A stretch of 32,000 bases of DNA from Methylorubrum extorquens. Its GTDB lineage: Bacteria; Pseudomonadota; Alphaproteobacteria; Rhizobiales; Beijerinckiaceae. The notes below the pieces were generated by a model, which was given only the letters and a program-made list of their open reading frames with translations, did no database searches and was not told where the DNA came from. The stretch spans positions 3,720,001 to 3,752,000 of the forward strand of contig LT962688.1 in the NCBI GenBank assembly GCA_900234795.1, read 5' to 3'. Both the position numbers and the translations under genes were made by a program. The first letter of the stretch is position 1. The number at the start of each line of letters is the position of its first letter. Of the stretch, positions 9,859 through 18,868 are shown piece by piece.

Positions 9859-11237
9859 GCGGCCAGCTCCGGCGCGGCGGTGAGCAGGCGGGCCTCGGCC
9901 CCGCCGGGCAGGAGCGTGCCGTCCGCGTCGGTGAGGCCGATGCGGGCAAGCCATTCCTCGAATTCCGGCGCGCGCCTCAGGCCCAAAACCTCGCGGATGT
10001 AGAGCTGATCGTGGAACGAGGTGGACTGGTAGTTCAGCATCACGTCGTCGGCGCCGGGAATGCCCATCACGTAGGTGCAGCCCGCCGCCCCGAGCAGGGT
10101 CAGGAGCGTGTCCATGTCGTCCTGATCGGCCTCGGCGTGGTTGGTGTAGCAGACGTCGACGCCCAGCGGCACGCCCATCAGCTTGCCGCAGAAATGGTCC
10201 TCCAGCCCGGCCCGGATGATCTCCTTGCCGTTGTAGAGGTATTCCGGCCCGATGAAGCCGACAACGGTGTTGACCAGAAGCGGCCGGTAGCGGCGGGCGA
10301 CGGCATAGGCGCGCGCCTCCAGGGTCTGCTGATCGATGCCGTGATGCGCATCCGCCGAGAGGGCCGAACCCTGGCCGGTCTCGAAATACATCACGTTGTC
10401 GCCGAGCGTGCCGCGCTTGAGCGCGAGCGCCGCCTCATGCGCCTCCTGCAGGATCGGCAGGGTGACGCCGAAGCTCGCATTGGCCCGCTGCGTCCCGGCG
10501 ATCGACTGGAACACCAGATCGACCGGCAGCCCCCGGTTCATCGCGTCGAGCGTTGTCGTGACGTGGGTGAGCACGCAGGCCTGGGTCGGGATCTCCAGCC
10601 GGCCGATGATGCCGTCGAACAGGCGCAGCAGGGTGCCCATCGTCTGGATCGAATCGGAGACCGGGTTGATGCCGATCACCGCATCGCCGCAGCCGTAGGA
10701 GAGCCCATCGAGGATCGAGGCGGTGACGCCCGCCGGGTCGTCGGTCGGGTGATTGGGCTGGAGCCGCACCGCGAGCGTGCCGGGCAGGCCGATCGTGTTG
10801 CGGAAGCGGGTGACCACGCGGCACTTCTTCGCGACCAGGATCAGATCCTGGTTGCGCATGATCTTGGACACCGCGGCGGCGATCTCCGGCGTCACGCCCG
10901 GCGCGATCCGCGCGAGCGTCTCAGAGGACGCGGTCAGCAGAAACTCGCGAAAATCCCCGACCGTCAGCGCGGCGATCTCGGCGAACGCCGCCTCGTCGTG
11001 GTCATCGAGGATCAGGCGGGTGACGTCGTCCTCGTCATAGGGGATCAGCGGACGAGCCAGGATCTCCCTGAGCGGCACCTCGGCGAGGCACCAGCGCGCG
11101 GCCATGTTCTCTTCGGCCGATTCCGCGGCAATGCCCGCGAGACAATCGCCGGAGCGCACCGGTGTCGCCTTCGCCATCAGCGTCGCCAGATCGGCGAAGA
11201 CGTGGGTGCGGGGGCCAACGGTGTGGCGGTAGGGCAT
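9855..11237 (-). CDS. eutB: Ethanolamine ammonia-lyase large subunit (460 aa)
   Basis: MPYRHTVGPRTHVFADLATLMAKATPVRSGDCLAGIAA...NPVSDS...YFETGQGSALSA...MLNYQSTSFHD. An AAGGAG sequence lies upstream of ATG 11237. Confidence 0.95.
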   Translation of the reverse strand: MPYRHTVGPRTHVFADLATLMAKATPVRSGDCLAGIAAESAEENMAARWCLAEVPLREILARPLIPYDEDDVTRLILDDHDEAAFAEIAALTVGDFREFLLTASSETLARIAPGVTPEIAAAVSKIMRNQDLILVAKKCRVVTRFRNTIGLPGTLAVRLQPNHPTDDPAGVTASILDGLSYGCGDAVIGINPVSDSIQTMGTLLRLFDGIIGRLEIPTQACVLTHVTTTLDAMNRGLPVDLVFQSIAGTQRANASFGVTLPILQEAHEAALALKRGTLGDNVMYFETGQGSALSADAHHGIDQQTLEARAYAVARRYRPLLVNTVVGFIGPEYLYNGKEIIRAGLEDHFCGKLMGVPLGVDVCYTNHAEADQDDMDTLLTLLGAAGCTYVMGIPGADDVMLNYQSTSFHDQLYIREVLGLRRAPEFEEWLARIGLTDADGTLLPGGAEARLLTAAPELAA

Positions 11238-11692
11238 CGACTGGCTCCTTGGCCTCGCCGGACAGGATGCAAGGATCGCGAGACCTGTCGAGGTGGATTC
11301 GCGCGGAATGGGCGCTCGGCCCACCCCGCCCGCGCCCTCTAGCAAGAACGACGCCCGCCCGAGGTTGCTCGATGTCGGACGCGCCTCTCGCGCGCGATAT
11401 GGCTATTCGCCCATGCGCCAGCGTAAATTGCAGGGCGATTTGGCTACGCGCGAAGCTTTCCAGAAGACGAGCGGAAACCTCTCCGCCGCCGTGATTCGGC
11501 CGACATGCCGGGGGCCGCGCGGTTGCCGGCGGCGAATCACCGGCAAATTCGCGAACGCCCAGCTGTCATACGCTCAGCGACCCGCGTTTTTTGTAGGCGG
11601 GCCAACGCGTTTCCGGTTGAGTTCCGGATTTTCATCCTTCCGATCCGTCACTTTCGTGTCAGATTGCGCATTATTTCGCTTGCCTGCATGGC

Positions 11693-11702
11693 TGGTATAC
11701 CA
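11693..11702. promoter_or_regulatory. Perfect 10-bp palindrome TGGTATACCA in the long leader of the antiporter gene (GntR/FadR-type operator shape)
   Basis: It lies in an unusually AT-rich stretch, ~155 nt upstream of ATG 11857. A related half-site GCATACCAA follows at 11709-11717. The match to the GT-N-AC operator pattern is by shape only. Confidence 0.3.
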
Positions 11703-11856
11703 AATAATGCATACCAATGCCCGGGGCGAGATCGCCGCTCGGATCCCCTGGGCAGACAAGGAAACGCAACAACCTGCACTGACCACTTCTCAAGCCCAAA
11801 ACGCCAAACCTACGCAACAGGCCTTCACGTCTGTGCAGGAACGAGGGAGCACGCTC

Positions 11857-13156
11857 ATGGCATTGTCGTCCATTGCCCCGGAACGGCCGGTACCGTCTTC
11901 AAACCGCTGGCTACAAATCATCTTCGGCGTCATCTGCATGGTGGCCGCGGCCAACATTCAGTACGCCTGGACCCTGTTCGTCCCCGAAATTCAGAAGACG
12001 TTCGGCTGGGATCGCGCGGCGATCCAGGTGGCCTTCACGATCTTCGTCGTCGTCCAGACCTGGCTGACACCGATCGAGGGTTACTTCATCGACAAGTACG
12101 GTCCGAGCCGTGTCGTGATGTTCGGCGGCCTGATGACCGGCGCAGCCTGGGTGATGAACTCCTACGCCACCTCGCTGACCGGCTTCTACATCGGCTCGGT
12201 CCTCGGCGGCATCGGCGTCGGCTGCGTCTACGCCACCTGCATCAACAACGCCCTGAAGTGGTTCCCGGACAAGCGCGGCCTCGCCGTCGGTCTCACCGCG
12301 GGCGGCTACGGCGCGGGCTCGGCCCTGACGATCATCCCGATCGCCAAGATGATCGATGCCGGCAGCTACGCCCAGGCGTTCTTCACCTTCGGCCTGATCC
12401 AGGGCACCGTCATCATCCTGGCCTCGATCTTCATGCGTTCGCCGGCCAAGGACGAGGTCAAGTTCTCGACCAAGGTGCTGCAGAGCCGCCGCGACTACAC
12501 CCTCGGTGAAGCGCTGCGGACGCCGGTTTTCTACGTCATGCTGCTGATGTTCACCTGCACGGTCACCGGCGGCCTGATGGCGGTGGCGCAGCTCGGTGTC
12601 ATCGCGACCGACCTCGGCGTGAAGAACTTCCAGGTGAACCTGTACTTCTTCGCCATGGCCGCGCTGCCCTTCGCCCTGATGCTGGACCGCGTCATGAACG
12701 GCATCTCGCGTCCGCTCTTCGGCTTCATCTCGGACCGGATCGGCCGTGAGAAGACGATGTTCATCGCCTTCGCGATGGAGGGCATCGGCATCGTCGCGCT
12801 CGGCTACTTCGGCTCGAACCCCCTGGGCGTTCGTGATCCTGTCGGGCATCGTGTTCCTGGCCTGGGGCGAAGTGTACTCGCTGTTCAGCGCCACGGCCGC
12901 CGACACCTTCGGTTCGAAGCATATCGGCAAGATCTACGGCGTCCTCTACTGCGCCAAGGGCTTTGCCGCGCTGTTCGTGCCGGTCGGGAACCTGATCATG
13001 CAGGCGACGGGCACGTGGTCGACGGTGCTCTACACGGTGGCGACGATGGACCTGATCGCAGCCGCACTCGCCATCGCCGTGCTGCGGCCGATGCTGAAGC
13101 AGCACCACGCCGCCAACAACGCGGCGGTGCCGAACGCAGCACTCGCCCACGCCTGA
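11857..13156 (+). pseudogene. oxlT: Oxalate/formate-antiporter-family MFS transporter interrupted by a +1 frame shift in a C5 run (12819-12823)
   Basis: Frame 1 reads MALSSIAPERPVPSSNRWLQIIFGVICMVAAANIQYAWTLFVPEIQKTFGW...ALGYFGSNP. It continues in frame 2 as WAFVILSGIVFLAWGEVYSLFSATAADTFGSKHIGKIYGVLYCAKG...AALAHA. Removing one C restores a 432-aa OFA-type protein. This may be a sequencing error. Confidence 0.85.
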
Positions 13157-13197
13157 TCGGGCCTCTCCGATCCCGCAGGATCGGAAGCCGGACAAGA

Positions 13198-13230
13198 AAG
13201 CCCCGCCGGAAACGGCGGGGCTTTTCTTTT
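13198..13230 (+). terminator. Rho-independent terminator after the antiporter gene
   Basis: The hairpin is AAGCCCCGCCG-GAAA-CGGCGGGGCTT followed by TTTCTTTT. An A-rich stretch upstream means it could also act on the minus strand. Confidence 0.75.
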
Positions 13231-13342
13231 GAAACGGGTTTTCTCAGCGCGCCGGCCCGCGATCTAGGGGACGTCGATCGGCCAAAGAAAAAGGCCCCGT
13301 CTCCGGAGCCTTGGTCTACTCGATCATCCCATCGGGGTGGGA

Positions 13343-13393
13343 TGGTGGGCGCGACAGGGATCGAACCTGTGACCCCTACCATGTCAACGTACT
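13343..13393 (-). other. 3' half of tRNA-Val(GAC), not a complete tRNA: likely att site of the adjacent island
   Basis: The reverse complement reads ..TTGACAT-GGTAG-GGGTC-ACAGG-TTCGATC-CCTGT-CGCGCCC-A-CCA. That gives the anticodon loop with GAC, the 3' anticodon stem, variable loop, T-arm, 3' acceptor strand and CCA. No D-arm or matching 5' acceptor strand follows. Confidence 0.7.
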
Positions 13394-13534
13394 CAGGCCG
13401 AACCGCCCTCCCCCATCAAAACCAACCTTTTCCTGAGGCCGGTCAATGCGTTGCGATCCATTCCCGTGCAGCGCCGTGCAGTCCCATCTAGCCCCCGTAC
13501 AGTGGGTTTCCATCCCATTTCCAACCCGGGTCGG

Positions 13535-14816
13535 TTACGCCGCGGCGGCCCGCTTCTGGTACTCGGAATGGGTGTGGCCGTAGGTCTCCAGGACCATCTT
13601 CACGGTCATGCCGAGGTACTCGCCGACCTCGTGCGGGGGGCACGCCGGCCTGGAGCATCAGGGTCGCCCGGGTGTGCCGGAGGATGTGCGGCGTCGGCAT
13701 CCCGAGGTCGTCGTCCTCGTCCTCGTTCCCGACGCGCCAGGAGCCGTCGATCTCGCGCCGGTCCAACCCGGCGAGCGCGGCCGCCCGGCCGAAGGCGCCG
13801 TCGACGCGCTCCATGCTCACGCCCCGCTCGTGGACGACGTGCGTGGGGGCGAGGCCGCTCGCCAGGTCGGCCTTCCGCCATTCCAGGAGGCGGGGCAGGA
13901 GCCGGTCCGGGATGCGGCATGGCGGCTGGCGCTTGCGGCTCGGCGGGGCCTCGGGTCCGGCCCGGAACAAGGTGACGCCGTTGAAGTCGACCCATCCGTC
14001 GAGGCGGTCGCGCTTCCATCGGAGCCCGAGGATCGCGCCGGACCGGGTGCCCGAGTAGAAGCCGATCTCGATGAAGCGCTCCAGGTGGTCGTCGTGGTGG
14101 TAGGCGTCGCCGGCCTTGGCCTTCCACGCCGTTACGAAGGCGGTGTCCCGGGCGCGCTCCCAGACGGGCTCGCGGGTCGCCAGGTCCGACGAGACCCAGC
14201 GCCAGCCTTGGGCGACGCGCAGGAGCCGGGCGTACTCGGACTCGGTGAGCCAGTCGACGTGCGGCTTGCCCGCGGGCGGCAGGGTCACGACAGGCTTGGC
14301 GTGCAGGGTGAACTCGCGGTGCCAGTGCCCGATGGCGGCGCCGAGGGTCTGAAGCTCGCGCCCGGCGGTCGTGGGCTTCGTGAGCTTCCCCTTCCCCTTC
14401 GCGCCCGGCGGCCGCCAGCGCTCCTTGCAGCGGGCCTCGACGTAGGCCCGGCACGAGGCCGCCTTCACCTGCGCTAGGGTCTTGCCGCCCCAGTGGCGGA
14501 GGAGGTTGGCGATGTGGTGCCCGGTCAGGGAGGCGTTGGACGTGCCCTCCTTCGCCTGGCCGTAGAAGGCGAGGCAGGTGGCGATGGAGACGAGGCGGGG
14601 GTCCTGGTTCGTCGGGTCGTCGTCGGAGGGCGTGATGACGGCCTCCTCCTCCGCCTGGCGGTCGCGCTCGATTACGTAGAGCGCGAGCTCCTTTTCAGCC
14701 TCGCCGCGATGGCCAGGGCCGTGCGATGTGCGTCGCTTGTAGTCCCCGTCGTGGATGGCCCAGACGCCGCGGTCGACGTCGAGCTTGAGCCGCGCGGGCT
14801 TGCGGGGGCGTGCCAT
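13535..14816 (-). pseudogene. Tyrosine recombinase (phage integrase family) with a frame shift in a G6 run (13635-13640, plus strand) just before the catalytic Tyr
   Basis: ORF 13488..14828 reads ...GMPTPHILRHTRATLMLQAGVPP and then nonsense. Dropping one base gives HEVGEYLGMTVKMVLETYGHTHSEYQKRAAAA with stop at 13535-13537, the canonical box II / Tyr ending. The probable start is MARPRKPARLKLD at 14816. Confidence 0.85.
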
Positions 14817-15067
14817 GTCTCGGTCCACTCCTTGAGAGCTCGCCGCGTCACGAAGATCCCGTGGCCGGGCCGGAACCCCCGCAGGGCCCGGCTCTCGACC
14901 GCCCGCCGCAACTGATAGGCGGAGAACATGGGCAGGAACGGCCCCTTGATCTCGGGGGTCCAGCGGGCGTCCTCCAGGCTCATGAGGTCGTCGGGCCCGC
15001 AGGCCTCGGCGCGCGCCATGGCGCCCTCGGAGATGTCGGTCGACAGGATGATCTCGTACGTCGGCAT
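14672..15067 (-). CDS. Putative excisionase/HTH_17-like DNA-binding protein
   Basis: MPTYEIILSTDISEG...FSAYQLRRAVESRALRGFRPGHGIFVTRRALKEWTE resembles the ...G.LPA.R.G+...F.R..L..W ending of AlpA/Xis proteins. It sits immediately upstream of int. The last ~48 codons overlap int out of frame and have poorer third-position GC, so the real 3' end is uncertain. Confidence 0.4.
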   Translation of the reverse strand: MPTYEIILSTDISEGAMARAEACGPDDLMSLEDARWTPEIKGPFLPMFSAYQLRRAVESRALRGFRPGHGIFVTRRALKEWTETWHAPASPRGSSSTSTAASGPSTTGTTSDAHRTALAIAARLKRSSRST

Positions 15068-15121
15068 GGGTCGAGAATCCCGTAGTGCGCGCCCGTCGTC
15101 CAGCTGGATCACTACGCAGGG

Positions 15122-15616
15122 TTAACCGGCGTTCCCTGGCCGGTCCCGAGGCTGGTGCGCGAGCACGGCCTCGCGGACCGCCCGGTTCAGGCAGGCCTCG
15201 GCCGTCTCCCCGGCCCGGCGCCCCTTGAGGGCCTCGCGCGCGACGAGGCCGATCTCGCTGCCGTCGCGCAGGACCACGGTGAGCGACTGCCCGAGATCGG
15301 CCTGGTCGATCCGGAGGATGCCGTTCGGGAGGGCCGCGGTCTCCGCGACGACGGCCGGCTCGGCCCTCCGGCCTGCCGGCCGGGCGAAGGGGTCCGCGTC
15401 GTAGGACGGCGCCCCGCCGGCGGGGGCCTCGGCCGCCTCGCGCTGGGCGACGTACGCCATGAGCACGAGGTCGTCGTCGTAATCCGGCCGGGCTGGGATG
15501 CCGAACCTGCCATGCTCCCGGTCGGGCGTGTGGAAGTGGCCGTCCACCAGGCGGGAGATCGCCTCGCGGGCCTCGGCGTGGGGGATAGGACGCTGGGTCA
15601 GGCGGTCGGTCATCAT
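15122..15616 (-). CDS. Hypothetical protein (164 aa)
   Basis: MMTDRLTQRPIPHAEAREAISRLVDGHFHTPDREHGRFGIPARPDYDDDLVLMAYV... The start overlaps the stop of the upstream gene (ATGA). The C-terminal ~60 aa are paralogous to the upstream 82-aa protein. Confidence 0.6.
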   Translation of the reverse strand: MMTDRLTQRPIPHAEAREAISRLVDGHFHTPDREHGRFGIPARPDYDDDLVLMAYVAQREAAEAPAGGAPSYDADPFARPAGRRAEPAVVAETAALPNGILRIDQADLGQSLTVVLRDGSEIGLVAREALKGRRAGETAEACLNRAVREAVLAHQPRDRPGNAG

Positions 15617-15861
15617 GCTGCTCCGGAGGCGCGCTGCCGGGCGAGGCAGGCGCGGTAGATCGATTCCCGGATAGCGTGCTGGGCGGTCTCGCCAGCCGCC
15701 AGCGGGCTGACCTCGGCCGCGCTCAGGACGCAGGCCGTCCCGTCGCGGAGCCAAACCCGGATCGCCTCGCCGGCGCCGAGGACCTCGACGGCGACCGCGT
15801 TGTTCGGGAGGTGCAGGGTCCGAGCGAGGCCGCCGGACCAGTCGTCCGCATATGCGGTCAC
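15613..15861 (-). CDS. Hypothetical protein (82 aa)
   Basis: MTAYADDWSGGLARTLHLPNNAVAVEVLGAGEAIRVWLRDGTACVLSAAEVSPLAAGETAQHAIRESIYRACLARQRASGAA. It is translationally coupled on both sides. Confidence 0.6.
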   Translation of the reverse strand: MTAYADDWSGGLARTLHLPNNAVAVEVLGAGEAIRVWLRDGTACVLSAAEVSPLAAGETAQHAIRESIYRACLARQRASGAA

Positions 15862-16664
15862 AGCCCCTCCAGCGCGGCGGCGTCCTCGGCCGAGAGCCCG
15901 TCGTCCTCCGCCGGCGCCGGCTGCATGGGGAGCGGCGGCCGGTAGTACGCCTCCCAGCGCGCCCGCTCCGCGATGACCGCGAGGTGCGAGTGCCAGCGCC
16001 TCTGCCTCCGGGGCTCCATGGCGTGGTGCGCCTCCAGGACCATCGGCCGGATCGCGATGAGCGGCTGGGGCAGGCCCGCGTTGGGCAGGGCCTCGCGCCA
16101 GAGGCCGTCGTCGGGCGCGACCGCGTCCGGGTTGAGGATGATGATGTCGTTGACCAGGGCCTCGATGGCCGCGTCGCGCGCCAGCGCCTCGCGCTCCTGG
16201 ATCGTCGCCCTGGCCTTGGCGGCCGCCGCGCGCTTGCGGTTGAGGTCGGCCTGCTCGCCGTCGGGCAGGCCGCGGACCTGGCGGGCCTTACCCTTGCTGT
16301 CCGTCTCCCAGCGGGGCTGCCGGTCCGGCATCGTCCAGACGTAGCGACCGCGCTCCACGGCCTCGGTGAGGATGCCGAGGCGCACGCCCCAATTGAGCGT
16401 GTTGGCGGCGCGGTCCGCCGTGAATGCCGGGGTGTGCCTAGGCTCTGCGAACATCGCCCCGTAGACCGCGACCGCCTCGTTGACGTGCAGGCGGTCGCGC
16501 CCCTCGAACAGGTTGACGAGTTGCCGGTTCACGCGAGCCGGCCACTCGCCGTGGCTGTCGCCGAACGTCGGCCGAGCATATGTCGCCGCGAAGACCTGCT
16601 CGGGCGTGCGCCCGGCGAGGTGGCTGTAGTCGGGCGCCTCACGCCGGTAGCGATGCCATGCCAT
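15858..16664 (-). CDS. Hypothetical protein (268 aa)
   Basis: The ORF is trimmed to MAWHRYRREAPDYSHLAGRTPEQVFAATYARPTFGDSHGEW..., with a GGGGGGAG sequence upstream of ATG 16664. Third-position GC is good. I recognise no family. Confidence 0.6.
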   Translation of the reverse strand: MAWHRYRREAPDYSHLAGRTPEQVFAATYARPTFGDSHGEWPARVNRQLVNLFEGRDRLHVNEAVAVYGAMFAEPRHTPAFTADRAANTLNWGVRLGILTEAVERGRYVWTMPDRQPRWETDSKGKARQVRGLPDGEQADLNRKRAAAAKARATIQEREALARDAAIEALVNDIIILNPDAVAPDDGLWREALPNAGLPQPLIAIRPMVLEAHHAMEPRRQRRWHSHLAVIAERARWEAYYRPPLPMQPAPAEDDGLSAEDAAALEGL

Positions 16665-16675
16665 GACGCTCCCCC

Positions 16676-16846
16676 CTAGTGTACGGTGACGGTGCGTGCG
16701 CGCAGGGCGGCGGCCGCCCTGACGACGCGGTTGGCCTCCAGGGGCGTGAGCCCCTTGAGCGCGGCCCGGACCGCCACCGGGTCGGTCTCGCCCGAGAGGG
16801 CCTCCGCCAGCCGGCAGGCCCGGGTGCGGGTCTCCTGCTCGCTCAT
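16676..16846 (-). CDS. Small hypothetical protein (56 aa)
   Basis: Hand translation gives MSEQETRTRACRLAEALSGETDPVAVRAALKGLTPLEANRVVRAAAALRARTVTVH. A GGGAGG sequence lies upstream, and the ATG overlaps the stop of the upstream gene (ATGA at 16843-16846). Confidence 0.45.
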   Translation of the reverse strand: MSEQETRTRACRLAEALSGETDPVAVRAALKGLTPLEANRVVRAAAALRARTVTVH

Positions 16847-17988
16847 GCCTGCCTCCCGGCCGCGGCGGCGTCCGCCCGCACGAAACGAATCGCCTCGTCC
16901 GCCCCGAGGCCGGCCCTCTGCGAGAGGGCGACGGCGAGGACGAGGTCATCGAGGCCGAGGCGGTTCGGGAAGGCGACGTCCCACTGCACCGTGGCGCGGG
17001 GGGCGACGGTCGCCGGGACCGGGGCGGGCTCGGCGTGCGGGGCCGGCGTGAAGGCCACCACGTTCGTGACCTCGGCCGCCGGCGCGGGGGCCGGGAGCGC
17101 GGGCACCGCGGGGGCGTCCGGACGCCTGAGCCCGAGGCGCTTCAGCGTGCCGTAGACGTAGCAACGCGAGACGCCCCACCGCTCCGCGAGAGTGGAGACG
17201 TTGGGCGTCTCGGTCCACTGGAGGCGGATCGTGGCTTCGTCGGGCAGTCGGGAGTGGCGGGGACGACGGGACAACATGGCGGACTCCTGGGCGACAGGGA
17301 TGGCAGGGCTCTCGGCGGGAGGGGCGGCCGCCTCCCGTTCGGCGTCCACCGGCTCCTCGACCCCGCGGGGCAGGAGGCCGGGGAAGGCACGGTCGACGGC
17401 GTCCGGCGGGTGCCCGGCGAGGGCGGCCGCGAGCTCCGGCGAGATCTCGGGGAGGCGGTAGCGCCCTGTGGCGGGCTGCTCGGGCACCAGTGCCAGGGCG
17501 GCCCGCATCACGGCGTACAGGTCCCGCTCATGCTCCAGCCTGGCCTCGATGCGGGCCGCCGCGTCGGCGTCGCCGCGGCTGGCGAGATGGCCGTCGCGCG
17601 AGTTCTCGCCCCGGGCGGCGCCCCGGAGCTTCGGCATGTCGGCGAGGCCGCGCTCCTGGAGCACGTACGTGAGCGACGCCAGCCCCATGCCGGCGGCGCG
17701 CTCGCCCGCCCGCCCGCTGCCCACGAGGAACGCGACCTCGACCGCCGCTGCCTCCTGGGCGGGCGAGGTCGTCCGCTTCTTACCGGGGTTGAGCGACCGC
17801 ATGCCAAGGCGGGCGCGGCCGGTGCGGGCCAGGTTGCCCAGCGTCCGGACGTCGATCCAGTGCCAGCGCTCCTCGGCGGCCTCCGCGCCGTACTGGTCGA
17901 AGAGCCGGGCCACGGCCTCGGGGGCGGGCGTCATGTAGACGTCGCGGTCGATGGAGCCGCCGACCTCCCGGGTGCGGCGGGCCTTCAC
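16843..17988 (-). CDS. Hypothetical protein (381 aa) with an internal HTH-like segment
   Basis: The GTG start at 17988 overlaps the upstream stop (GTGA) and has a GGAGGG sequence 5 nt upstream. The product reads VKARRTREVGGSIDRDVYMTPAPEAVARLFDQYG...LQWTETPNVSTLAERWGVSRCYVYGTLKRLGL... The remaining upstream part of ORF 16843..18804 is a shadow frame. Confidence 0.55.
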   Translation of the reverse strand: MKARRTREVGGSIDRDVYMTPAPEAVARLFDQYGAEAAEERWHWIDVRTLGNLARTGRARLGMRSLNPGKKRTTSPAQEAAAVEVAFLVGSGRAGERAAGMGLASLTYVLQERGLADMPKLRGAARGENSRDGHLASRGDADAAARIEARLEHERDLYAVMRAALALVPEQPATGRYRLPEISPELAAALAGHPPDAVDRAFPGLLPRGVEEPVDAEREAAAPPAESPAIPVAQESAMLSRRPRHSRLPDEATIRLQWTETPNVSTLAERWGVSRCYVYGTLKRLGLRRPDAPAVPALPAPAPAAEVTNVVAFTPAPHAEPAPVPATVAPRATVQWDVAFPNRLGLDDLVLAVALSQRAGLGADEAIRFVRADAAAAGRQA

Positions 17989-18197
17989 GCGTCCCTCCGG
18001 AGGCTGACGAATCGCTCGATGCGCCGCAGGTCGAGGGCCGCGAGAACGCGCTCCCCGACGGCCCGTCGGCCCTTGATGACGTCGTTGACGTAGGCGGCCG
18101 AGACGCCGGCCTGCTGGGCGAACGCCTTCTGCCCGCCGGCCTCCCGGATGGCCGTCGAAAGCCGGGCGCGGACGTCGTCTACGGTGAGATCGGTCAT
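17985..18197 (-). CDS. Cro/YdaS-like HTH DNA-binding protein (70 aa)
   Basis: MTDLTVDDVRARLSTAIREAGGQKAFAQQAGVSAAYVNDVIKGRRAVGERVLAALDLRRIERF. A GGAGGG sequence lies upstream of ATG 18197. Confidence 0.65.
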   Translation of the reverse strand: MTDLTVDDVRARLSTAIREAGGQKAFAQQAGVSAAYVNDVIKGRRAVGERVLAALDLRRIERFVSLRRDA

Positions 18198-18662
18198 GCT
18201 GCCCTCCGGGCGCGGTAGGCGGCCACGCGGGCGCGGGCGGCCTCGATGTTGGCCCGGGTCCTGGTGGCCCTGGGGTAGTCGAGGCCCCCGCTCGCGCAGG
18301 AGCGTCCTGACCATGCTCTCGGGGATGCCGGTGGCCTCGGCGGCGTAGAGGACGCCCCCGAGCTCCAGCGCCACGGCGACGACCTCCTCCTCCTGCGCCG
18401 GCGAGAGGTTGCGCCGGACCTTGGCGCTGCGCTCCCCCACGGTGATCGCGCGCCCCTGGGCGATCATGCGGCCGAGGTCGCTCTTGGACATCCACCACCA
18501 GCGGCCGCGGCAGCTCTCGTAGCCGTGCGAGACGGACTGCCGGTAGACGCGCACGGGGTCCGGGCGGACGTGAAGCGCGGCCGTCATGCTCCGCTCGGCC
18601 TCGTCGCGGCGGGGCGGGCGGACCCTGGCAGGGGGCGGCGGGGTCCAATCGAAGAGGCTCAT
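18194..18662 (-). pseudogene. HTH-containing regulatory protein (~155 aa) with an apparent frame shift in a C5 run (18285-18289)
   Basis: MSLFDWTPPPP...MSKSDLGRMIAQGRAITVGERSAKVRRNLSPAQEEEVVAVALELGGVLYAAEATGIPESMVRTLLRERG is followed by poor sequence. Dropping one base gives LDYPRATRTRANIEAARARVAAYRARRAA, with a stop overlapping the next ATG (ATGA). The start choice at 18662 is based on third-position GC. Confidence 0.5.
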
Positions 18663-18827
18663 CTGGCGCACGGCGGGGTTCCCGAATTCGCGTATCGGCA
18701 AATGTTCGTCCTCGACCCATGGCAGCGCAACGGCTACAGACATGGCAAGATGACGCACCCCCTATGTAGAGTTGGGACAAAGGTAAGGTCAGGATCGCCC
18801 CCAACAGCGGACGACGATTTGCACCAC

Positions 18828-18868
18828 GATTTCAACAACAGCCTGTGGTGAGATGTGTTGTTGAAATC
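18828..18868. promoter_or_regulatory. Perfect 13-bp inverted repeat (GATTTCAACAACA-N15-TGTTGTTGAAATC) overlapping a -35 box: likely operator of the divergent immunity-type region
   Basis: The arms lie at 18828-18840 and 18856-18868 in the only AT-rich patch of the island. TTGAAA at 18861-18866 plus an 18-nt spacer plus AATAAT at 18885-18890 forms a plausible promoter for the + gene at 18956. Confidence 0.5.

Noticed and set aside
11293-11856. N-terminal 188-aa extension of the transporter ORF (732-aa ORF 11293..13491)
   Set aside because: The extension crosses the AT-rich promoter region and has poor codon bias. The MFS protein starts sensibly at ATG 11857, which has a GGGAG sequence upstream. 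The 3' extension past 12823 is the wrong frame.
13343-13420. A complete tRNA gene on the minus strand
   Set aside because: Only ~50 nt (anticodon loop to CCA) fit a tRNA. The best 5' extension gives 66 nt with no D-arm and only 5/7 acceptor pairs, so I call it a tRNA-Val 3' fragment and att remnant.
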